NCBI GenBank assembly: GCA_951406725.2
Contig: OX597829.1
Coordinates: 28,706,001 to 28,770,000 of the forward strand
Direction of reading: 5' to 3'
Origin: Octopus vulgaris
Taxonomy: Eukaryota
DNA: 64,000 nucleotides
Part shown: in pieces, positions 53,299-64,000 of the stretch
How the letters are laid out: each line of letters opens with the position of its first letter
Position numbering within the stretch: position 1 is the stretch's first letter
Translations under genes and position numbers: made by a program
Notes under the pieces: model-generated
Told to the model about the DNA's origin: nothing
Database searches by the model: none
Seen by the model: only the letters and a program-made list of their open reading frames with translations

Positions 53299-53480
53299 AG
53301 AATTCACAAAAAAACAAATGACGAAGACAGGTGGTGTAGACAACAAACAGATGCATTAGTATAACATTCGGGAAGTGAAAAAGTCTTTAACATTTCGAGC
53401 CTTTGCTCTGGCACAGAAAGTAAAAAAAAAAAAACAAGGAGAAAAAAATAAAGAATGTGTAGAGGCTACCAATCTATCAT
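53299..53480 (-). mobile_element. PLE-type terminal repeat with a degenerate hammerhead at 53385-53420
   Basis: Minus strand: CTTT-CTGTGCC-A-GAGC-AAAG-GCTC-GAAA-TGTT-AAAG. Confidence 0.5.
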
Positions 53481-53630
53481 ATATATATATATATACACAC
53501 ACTTGTGCGTATACATATATACACATATGTATATGCATATATATACACATATGTATATACATATATACACATATGTATATGCATATATACACATATGTAT
53601 ATACACACACGCACATATTTATATAGATAT

Positions 53631-53663
<33 letters not shown>

Positions 53664-53686
53664 CATAAATACATATGTATATACAT

Positions 53687-53875
53687 AGTTAATCCAAACA
53701 TGAAAACACAAAGAGAAAACGACAATGCGAGGACGTGGAACAAGTAAAGTGTTATTGGACACTCATGAAAGGAAACAAAGAAGGAGGATTTAACGTTTTG
53801 AGCAGAACCCTTCGTCAGAAACATAGAAAAAGGAAAGATCCAAGGAAGGGGAGACGGAGAAAGAAAAATCGCCAT
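53687..53875 (-). mobile_element. PLE-type terminal repeat family H1 with a hammerhead motif at 53788-53822
   Basis: Minus strand: GTTT-CTGACGA-A-GGGT-TCT-GCTC-AAAA-CGTT-AAAT; homologous to 2778-2970. Confidence 0.65.
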
Positions 53876-54057
53876 ATGTGCATATGTATATATATATAAA
53901 AATACATATATACATATATATACATATATAAACACATATATATACATACACATAAACATATATATTCACATATATATACATACATATATATATATATCCA
54001 CACATGTATATATATACACACACATATATATATACACACACACATATATATATACAC

Positions 54058-54088
<31 letters not shown>

Positions 54089-55232
54089 TATACATACACA
54101 CATATATTTATACATATATATATATATATATATACACATACACATATATATATACAGATAAGTACACACACACATACGTAAATACATACGCACATATATA
54201 TATATATATACATATATATACACACACACACATACATACACATACATATATATATTCTCATATTGCAGAGACCCCCTTCGGTCATGACTGTCCATGAGAT
54301 TGCACCTAGAAAGTTACCCTCCCAGGTACGACTCCAGACAAGGTTGTTTTATGGAAGACCAGCAGTCGCCCATGCATACCAGCCTCCCCTCTCCACACCA
54401 CTAGTGTTATCCAAGGGGAAAAGCAAAGGCCAATACAACTTGGCACCTGTGACGTCGCAGCTCATTTTATATATATTATATATATATATATACACATAAA
54501 TACATACATGTGTGAGTATATAAATACATATACATATATATATATATATATATAAATAAATATAAACATATATATAGATATACATAAATATATAGGTACA
54601 TATATACATCAATATATACATATATGCATATATATATATTTATATATATGCATTTATAAATACATACATATATACACATATACATAAATACATACATATA
54701 AACACATATACATATATATACACACATATACATACATATATATACACATATATAGATATATATAAATATACACACACATATATATATACAAACATATAGA
54801 TACACATTTAGATATACATATATATACACACATAGATATACATACATATATATATATATATATATACATACAGGAGACAAAAATCGTACATACAACACTA
54901 TATGTATATATAAAAAAATGGGACAGGAATGTTATAGGCAATAACAAAGCATCTGACAGACACACACACACATATGTGCATGTATATATATATATATCAT
55001 ATATTTTATATATATATATCAGATATTATATATATATATATATATATATCATAAAAAGCACCCACTACACTCACGGAGTGGTTGGCGTTAGGAAGGGCAT
55101 CCAGCCGTAGAAACACTGCCAGATTTGACTGGGCCTGATGAAGCCTTCTGGCTTCACAGACCCCAGTAGAACCGTCCAACCCATGCTAGCATGGAAAACG
55201 GACGCTAAACGATGATGATGATGATATATCAG

Positions 55233-55297
<65 letters not shown>

Positions 55298-55310
55298 TAC
55301 ATATATATAT

Positions 55311-55611
<301 letters not shown>

Positions 55612-55628
55612 ATATATATATATATATA

Positions 55629-55692
<64 letters not shown>

Positions 55693-55697
55693 CAATA

Positions 55698-55744
<47 letters not shown>

Positions 55745-55765
55745 CATATATATCATATATATATA

Positions 55766-55873
<108 letters not shown>

Positions 55874-55879
55874 TATATA

Positions 55880-56168
55880 TATCTGTAAATATATAATATT
55901 TGACAATATATTCTATATTATAGATAAAATCCATGCCACCATCTCTTCAGTTATCGAGTCTCTTTCTTTCTTTTTTTCTTACTGTTTTTATCAATATTAT
56001 ATATATATATCATATATAGATATATATTATATATAAATTATAGATAGTAGTCCCATGTCCAGTCCCACAGTGTGGCACCTCAGGCAAATATTTTCTACTA
56101 TAGCCTGAGGCTAACCAAACCCTGTGTGTGGATTTTCCAGTAGGAAACTGAAAGATGCCCATCGTGTA

Positions 56169-56212
<44 letters not shown>

Positions 56213-56612
56213 TGTGTTTTTGTCGCCTGGTTCTTCCTCCCACTATACATACACCTATATATTATATATATATCATTTTATATATAGACCGATATATATA
56301 AGTACTATATTATACATAGATATATTATATATATCTGTAAATGTAATATTTGACAATTATTCGGTGCTCCAGATAAAATCCATTGCCAACCTTCATGTAA
56401 CATAAATATATTTCTTTTATCTTACTGTTTTTATCATATATTATATATATATATATATATAGATATATATTATATATAAATTATAGATAGTAGTCCCATG
56501 TCCAGTCCCACAGTGTGGCACCTCAGGCAAATATTTTCTACTATAGCCTGAGGCTAACCAAAACCCTGTGTGTGGATTTTCCAGTAGGAAACTGAAAGAT
56601 GCCCATCGTGTA

Positions 56613-56643
<31 letters not shown>

Positions 56644-56690
56644 GTATGTCTGTGTTTTTGTCGCCTGGGTTCTTCCTCCCACTATCACTT
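55880..56690 (+). repeat. Near-identical ~445-bp tandem duplication containing an S1 SINE 5' part
   Basis: 56040-56245 is repeated at 56483-56685, differing mainly by homopolymer and (TA)n length. Confidence 0.85.
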
Positions 56691-56853
56691 GACACCTGAT
56701 GCTGGTGTGTTTACGTATCCGTCACTTAGCGGTTCGGCAAAAGAGACCGATAGAATAAGTACTAGATTCACAAAAATTAAATGCTGGGGTCAGTTTGTTC
56801 GAATAAAAGTGGTGCTCCAGCATGGGCACAGTCAATTGAAACCTACATGTAAC

Positions 56854-56897
<44 letters not shown>

Positions 56898-56909
56898 CCT
56901 ACATATATT

Positions 56910-57268
56910 CTTATATTTCTTTTTATTGTTTTGGCATTAGACTGTAGCCATTCTGGAGCACTGCTTTGAGTTGAACAACTCAAACCCAAGACTTATTCTT
57001 TGCAATCCTAGTTCTTATTCGATCTATCTCTCTTTCCAAACCGCTAAGTTACAGAGATGTAAACACACCAACATTGGTTGTCAAGCGATGGTGGAGTGAC
57101 AAAAATATGCACACAAACTGACAGGCTTCTTTCAGTTTCCCTCTACTAAATCCACTAACAAGGCTTTGGTCTGGCCGAAGTGATAGAAAACAGTCACAAG
57201 CTGCCATGCAGTGGGACTGAACAAGGAACCATGTGGTTTGTAAGGAAGCTATTTCCCAAACAGCCACA
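56910..57268 (-). mobile_element. S1 SINE, inverted relative to the adjacent copy ending at ~56845
   Basis: TTAGACTGTAGCCATTCTGGAGCAC...GGGACTGAAC...CAGCCAC. Confidence 0.75.
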
Positions 57269-57774
57269 CTAATATATATATATACATGTATATATATATA
57301 TACACACACACACACATAGTCAATACATACCTACATATAAATATGTACATGTATACAGGTATACATACATATATATTCATACCTATATATATATATATAT
57401 ATATACATAAATATACATATATATATATTTAAATACAAACCTACATACACACGTACATATACAATACAAAACCTATATATATATTTATATATAAATATAT
57501 ATATATATATATACATGCTTACACAAATATATATAGGGATATATACATACCTATACATATATACATTCATACCGATACATATATCTACCTACATATATAT
57601 ACACAAATACATATATATATATAAAATTATATGTACAAACACACACCATTATATATAGCCATATATACACACACACACCAGTATATACATACATATATGC
57701 ACACACATATATACAATCATGTATATATGCACACATGCACATATATATATACACATACATGCGCAGACATACAT

Positions 57775-57809
<35 letters not shown>

Positions 57810-57949
57810 CACACATAAATATATATATATACATATATACACACATACACATATAGATATACATACACATACATACATATATATAGATATACATACACAC
57901 ACACATACATATATAGATATACATACACACATACATAGAAATATATATA

Positions 57950-58154
57950 CCGGAGTAAACACATAAATGTGAAAGAAGGTGGAAAAAAAGAGTACTCAAA
58001 TACCAGTGGTAGAGTAATATGCTTTATTTAAAGCAGCAGAAAATTCAACAAAATCTGTTACTCTGAGTTTCTCGTTGCCGTTCATCAGACAGTTTGAACG
58101 GCAACGAGAAACTCAGAGTAACAGATTTTGTTGAATTTTCTGCTGCTTTAAATA
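57950..58154 (-). mobile_element. PLE-type terminal repeat family H2 with an inverted duplication
   Basis: Homologous to 20438-20582. Perfect 60-bp inverted repeat at 58025-58084 / 58095-58154 with a 10-bp spacer. Confidence 0.75.
58053..58094 (-). ncRNA. Candidate type-I hammerhead ribozyme with intact core
   Basis: Minus strand: AACTGT-CTGATGA-A-CG-GCAA-CG-A-GAAA-CTC-A-GAG-TA-ACAG-AT; the cleavage triplet is GUA. Confidence 0.75.
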
Positions 58155-58707
58155 TAGAAATATATATATATAGATTTGCATACACACGTATAGATATCCA
58201 TACACACATACATATGCATAGATATACGTACACACACATATATACATTCACACATACATGTAGATATACATACACACATACGTACAGATATATATACACA
58301 CATACGTACAGATATATATACACACATACGTATAGATATATATATACACACACATACGTATAGATATATACACACATACGTATAGATATATATACACACA
58401 TACGTATAGGTATATATATACACACATACGTATATATATACTTATACACATACGTATAGATATACATACGCACGCAGATATACATACACACGCACAGATA
58501 TACATACACACACAGATAGATAGATAGATAGATACACAAATACGTATATAGAGGGGATATTTGCAGTACTAAATGTGTTTGCGTGCGCGTGCACACGCAC
58601 TAGTAACAATATTTAGAAGTATTCTTAATGAGAAAATATAGCCAAATAGACTCAGACGAGACAACCATCCAAACATAAATAGGTAAATAGGGATGTGTGT
58701 GTGCATT

Positions 58708-58708
<1 letters not shown>

Positions 58709-58767
<59 letters not shown>

Positions 58768-58776
58768 GAGATAGAG

Positions 58777-58816
<40 letters not shown>

Positions 58817-58960
58817 GGGTAGATAGATGGGTAGATAGATAGATAGATGGGTAGATAGATAGATAGATAGATAGATGGGTAGGTAGATGGGTAGATAGAT
58901 AGATAGATAGATAGATAGGGTAGATAGATAGTAGATAGATAGATAGATAGATAGATAGAT
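58709..58960. repeat. (GATA)n microsatellite
   Basis: Direct observation. Confidence 0.95.
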
Positions 58961-60858
58961 GTGTGGTAGAAATAACTAGTCATATAGGTGGAAAGGTAAA
59001 TAGACAGACAGTCAGGCTGACAGACAGATAAATAGATAGTCAGATAGCTAGGAGTGCGTACACACGAGTGAAAGAATGAGACAATATATATATATATAAA
59101 ATGAGATCGAGTAAAAAAAAAAAATCAGGCTGACAACGATAGAGAATGAATAAAGCAAGCCGTCCGTCATTACATCCGGCTTTTATGAATGAGAAGAGGA
59201 GGGGAGAGAGTAAGAGGAAGTAGTGAGTGGGAGGAAGAGGATGTGAGAAAGAGAGAGAAGGAAAGATAGAAATGGAAAGGTTAATATGTGTACTAGGGGA
59301 AGAGTAGAGTTTAGGATTCTTTTGGTGGTGAAAATTCACTGCAAAAATATAACATTGGCAACAGAGAATTTAGATTATTAATACGATGATAATAATAATA
59401 ATAATAATAACCATAATAGTAATAATAATATAATGACATACGACAGAGCAAGGAGATTAATATGTAATACATGAAATCATATACATATTTGCAGCTTGAT
59501 GAAATAACGAAATGAAATATATATATATATATTTATAGATAGATAGATAGACAGACAGATAGATATAGATAGATAGATGTATGCATGTATGTGTGTATAT
59601 ATATATATATATCTATCTAATCTCCACATATACAAAATACAGAATTTAGAAAAGCAAAAAAAGAATAATAAATAAAAGCAATCACCTTCTGCTTCTTGTT
59701 ATTGTAACCTACCTGAGAAACAGTCTATAAAACAATATTTATCAATTGTATAAAGCCATTGTGCAGCAAAAAAGGGGACAGTAGGGTGCGCTGGTTGAAA
59801 AATTCTAACAGCAATCCATCAGGACCATGTATACACATAAATATGTGCGTATAAACAGAAAAAATATATATTTTAACTGACAGCCACCACTCAATACGCC
59901 AAAAACTAGCAGTAGTAGTGGTGGTGGTAGTAATAGTAGTAGTGGTGGTAGTGTTAGTTATAGTAGCAGCAGTAGCAGCAACAGTGGTAGCAGCAGCAGC
60001 AGCAACTGCAACAACAACAACAACGACGACTAGAGCAACTTTAATAGCAGCAACAGCGGCAGTAATAGTGGTTGTAACACCTCAAACCATCACTACCACT
60101 ACCACATAGCTGTTTTCCATCTTGTGTAGCTTTGAGATAGTTGTTGGGGAGTTGGCTATGAACAACTGGACCTCCCTTACACACACTTCCGGACTTATAC
60201 CTGGCACTTTACTGTGTAGCATACACAGACTAGGGGAGACACGTTATACACACACTCACATACATGCGCGCACACACTGCCTAACATATACAGGCGCGCT
60301 AACATACATTAATTAATTAGAAGTCGGTTGCAACAGGCGATCATTCTATAGAGTAGGCTATATACATAACACATTCAAGACCTATATTTATACACCCACA
60401 TTATGTGTCTGTTTGCAACGTACGTACGCATAGATGTGTGCGTATTTATGTATGTATATATACATATTGTGCGCGTGTAATCTGTGGATGTATGATTACA
60501 TACACACGCACATTCATTATATATATACGCACACATATATATAATGATGTAGCGCTATATTATTGATAGGGTTTATGTGAGATGTCTATATTAGTTGCAA
60601 GAACTACACTGTTGAAAACTAGCCATAAAAATAAATCTGTGAATGAATGCTCTCAAACACACACACACACAAACATAGACAGTTCACATTCAAGGCTTGT
60701 AAATATTTCGTTTGTGATCGTTACCGCAAGAAAATAACCTTAGAATTTAAGCAACAGGAGAAAAAATAATCGCATCAGGTACACACCATGGTTTGTTTTG
60801 GACGCGCGCGCGTGTATATATATATATATGTGTGTGTGTGTATGTATATATATATAAC

Positions 60859-60893
<35 letters not shown>

Positions 60894-62165
60894 ATCGCAA
60901 AAATGTAACGTAATATGAAAACTGGAGGGAGGAAAGCAAAAGAAAAAAAAATCAGTTACTTGAACCAATATCGAAGACTGAACAAACATATGCATGTATA
61001 TTATTCTGCGAAACCTGCTTTGCGAATGAATTTACAAATATATATGAAGTGAAAGAGTATTTAGAGATCCATTCAGTAAAAAAAAAAATTATATATATAA
61101 TCATAATGATAAAGAGTAAGTTGTAGTTGAAAGATAAAAAGTACACACACACATCATACAATAATATGAAAGGAGTGAATGATAAACAGACAAAATTCAG
61201 AGTTTTATTCTTTATTGAATATATATATATAAAACTGATATATGTATGTCCTTTATATGCCCAAATTTCATCAAATACACCCGCATAAATATATATATAG
61301 AGAGAGACACACACACACACACATATATATGTATATGCAAAATGTATGTATGTGTAGATATATGTATATAGTATATGTGTATAGAAATATGTACCTACCC
61401 ATGCAAGCACATAATTACAAACAGTAGGAGACAAGCGGACTAACCATCACATCCGGCTTTTATGAATGAGAGGAGGAGATTCCCCTCTGTCTCTTACTCA
61501 GTCAAAAAGCTCCCTTCCTCCGTCGTACACACACACATATATACGTCTGTAATGTGCATACACCCTCGTGAATGTATACGCATTACACATACACACAAAC
61601 ATGGTATTTATATATGAGAATCCAAAATTTTCAATAGTCTTAGTTATATTTATCTATACACACACATATTTATATATTTATATATATACTCATATATGCA
61701 CACATAAATTCATATATATATGTATGTGTGTGTGTATATACTTGTCTATATATTATATGTGTGTGTGTGTATATATATAAGCGGTTTCAGGCATTAGACT
61801 GTCCATGTTTGGGTTACATGGACAGTCTAATGACTCTACTACGTTAGTTCGGTTCGGTACTGATTTTATTGTTTAGTCTGTCGAACCGACACAAGAAAAT
61901 GGCAACACATCCTTTTATTCACTCAAACCACACGCGCAAATATACGTATAAGAATGTGTGTACAGTACGAGGGTTACTGGCCCTTCTCTCGGGGAAAGAC
62001 CACAAATCACTGGGGTATTGATCCTTCCATTACCCACAATGAAGTTGGTACTTTTTCAAGTTGTTGTACACATTTATATCTCCTCTCTCCATCCAACTTT
62101 CTGACTTTATCTATCTGTTTGTCTGTCTATCTATCTCTGCCTGTCTCTCTATGTATAATACATAT

Positions 62166-62215
<50 letters not shown>

Positions 62216-62276
62216 TAATATATGCATGTGTATATATATTGTATTTATATATGAAAGCATTGAATTGTGCAAATGA

Positions 62277-63782
62277 TTTTGCACATATAGTTGTCACCTT
62301 CAAAATAAGCGCAACTATGCCTCCCCTGGTCTCGATGGAGTTACATACCTGCTTCTCAAACGTGGCAGGCACTTCCTTTTACACCAGCTTTCTATTTTCT
62401 TCCAGTACTGTCTCAACAATGGTGCTACTCCGGAGCAGTGGAAAACTGCCAGTGTCATTCCTCTGTTCAAAAAGGGCGACCGCACATCACCTGTCAACTA
62501 TCGCCCAGTCAGTCTCACTAGCTGTATTGCAAAACTGATGGAATCGTGTGTCAGAGAAACACTCTGGAACTTCTGGAGCTCTCACAGTCTCATCCGACCC
62601 TCACAATATGGATTTGTCCCTAACTCCAGCTGCAGTGACCAGCTTGTCGAGTTCCTTGAGGACATTACTCAGATTACTGACAGTGGCTCATGGGTGGATG
62701 TTGTCTACCTTGACTTTGCTAAGGCTTTCAACTCTGTGCCACACAAAAGGCTTATGGTGAAACTCTCTGCAATGGGTGTGGGGGATGACCTTTTTAACTG
62801 GTTGAAATCCTTCATCCTCAGCCGAAAGGAGGTAGTCACAGTTCTAGGACAGCACTCTACACCATATGAGATGTCATCGGGTGTACCACAGGGATCTGTC
62901 CTTGGTCCCCTCTTGTTTGTGGCATACATTAACGACATAGATGCCAATTTAAAGAATGCCACAGTATTGAAATATGCAGATGACATCAAGCTGTACCTTG
63001 AAATCAAGAGGACAGATCCTGATGTCTACAACTCTTTCCTGCAATCAGACCTAGACACAATGCAGCAATGGATCACAGACTGGCAACTGAAACTGGCTGT
63101 GGACAAGTGTACCACCATGCATTTTGGGAGAAAAAACCCTGCGTTCACATACTCCCTCCACAACACTGATATCAAGAAATCCTCTTGCGAGCGTGACCTA
63201 GGCATCACTGTCAGCAGTGATTTGCGTTGGTCAAAGCATATCTCTAAGATTGTCAGGAAAGCCGAGGGTGTCTTGGCATCACTCAGCAGGTCTTTTGTTA
63301 GCCGCTCTCCAGCCATCTATTTAAAACTGTATACAGCTATGGTACGACCACACTTGGAATTCGCATCATCAGTTTGGAACCCCTATCTTGCACAGAACAT
63401 TGACCTCCTGGAATCTGTCCAGAGACGTGCAACCAAACGCATACCCTCCATCAGACACCTACCATATTCTGAGCGCCTTGTTTCCCTGGGCATGGATTCA
63501 CTGAAGCTCCGGCGTTTGGCGACGGACTTGGTAAACACCCACAAAGTTATCAACCACCTCACCAACAACACTGAACACCTTTTTGATCTCCATGTGTCTA
63601 ACACACGTGGACATGCCTACAAAGTCAGAAAACAATACAGCTCCCATGACTTTCGGAAACATTTTTTCACGCTCAGAGTTGCTGAAGCATGGAATAAACT
63701 GCCTGCGTCAGTTGTTGACTGCCATGACACAGCATCTTTTAAGGCCCTCATGCTTTCCGAAATCCGCCGAAACTACACCTGA
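62277..63782 (+). CDS. Non-LTR retrotransposon reverse transcriptase (ORF2 fragment, no endonuclease)
   Basis: SPGLDG..WKTASVIPLFKKG..NYRPVSLTS (in frame upstream of the listed Met at 62538), QYGF, VDVVYLDFAKAF, SGVPQGSVLGP, YADD, RDLG, RPHLE, SVQRRATK, TRGH, WNKLP. Confidence 0.9.
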   Translation, partial: FCTYSCHLQNKRNYASPGLDGVTYLLLKRGRHFLLHQLSIFFQYCLNNGATPEQWKTASVIPLFKKGDRTSPVNYRPVSLTSCIAKLMESCVRETLWNFWSSHSLIRPSQYGFVPNSSCSDQLVEFLEDITQITDSGSWVDVVYLDFAKAFNSVPHKRLMVKLSAMGVGDDLFNWLKSFILSRKEVVTVLGQHSTPYEMSSGVPQGSVLGPLLFVAYINDIDANLKNATVLKYADDIKLYLEIKRTDPDVYNSFLQSDLDTMQQWITDWQLKLAVDKCTTMHFGRKNPAFTYSLHNTDIKKSSCERDLGITVSSDLRWSKHISKIVRKAEGVLASLSRSFVSRSPAIYLKLYTAMVRPHLEFASSVWNPYLAQNIDLLESVQRRATKRIPSIRHLPYSERLVSLGMDSLKLRRLATDLVNTHKVINHLTNNTEHLFDLHVSNTRGHAYKVRKQYSSHDFRKHFFTLRVAEAWNKLPASVVDCHDTASFKALMLSEIRRNYT

Positions 63783-63831
63783 TTATATATACACTTTAGA
63801 TGAGTTGTAGTGCACCTGAGCACTGTACACA

Positions 63832-63857
<26 letters not shown>
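62277..63857 (+). mobile_element. 5'-truncated CR1-clade LINE with an uninterrupted RT and (TTA)n tail
   Basis: Open frame from 62277 to 63782, a short 3' UTR with an AGTGC/GCACT hairpin, then (ATT)n. Confidence 0.92.
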
Positions 63858-63872
<15 letters not shown>

Positions 63873-64000
63873 TATATTTGTGTGTGTGTAAAATGTATTA
63901 AAAATACATATGTGTATGTGAGTCTAGGACATTTACCCCTCGTGGACAATAATTCTCCAATGACAATTACCCCTGAGGACAACAGATGATGAATTAAGAC

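Noticed and set aside
55135-55160. CTGATGA-AGCC-TTCT-GGCT hairpin
   Set aside because: A chance mutation of the RTE tail (CTGGTGCAGCC in other copies); no GAAA.

Overview
This is a very AT-rich, microsatellite-dense eukaryotic window with no recognisable host protein-coding gene. Almost all ORFs in the supplied track are (TA)n/(CA)n artefacts or transposon remnants. The repeat families resemble those I recall from Octopus (coleoid cephalopod) genomes; this is an inference from recall, not a database result. Identifiable content: (1) a 5'-truncated but stop-free CR1-clade LINE reverse transcriptase (62277-63782); (2) several decayed RTE-clade LINE pieces; (3) a TA-flanked Tc1/mariner element with DD37D (maT-type) spacing; (4) a Penelope-like (PLE) GIY-YIG endonuclease remnant; (5) at least four tRNA-headed SINE families; (6) TTAA-flanked piggyBac-type MITEs and a hAT-type MITE; (7) a ~10 kb TA-rich low-complexity block. 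The most notable signal is a dispersed set of short non-coding repeats carrying minimal type-I hammerhead ribozyme motifs (CUGANGA...GAAA...UH with helix I/II pairing). They fall into at least four sequence families. Two have intact cores (23748-23806 and 58053-58094, both minus strand), and three unrelated families share an A-A mismatch at the base of helix II. Coordinates were counted by hand and repeat boundaries are approximate.
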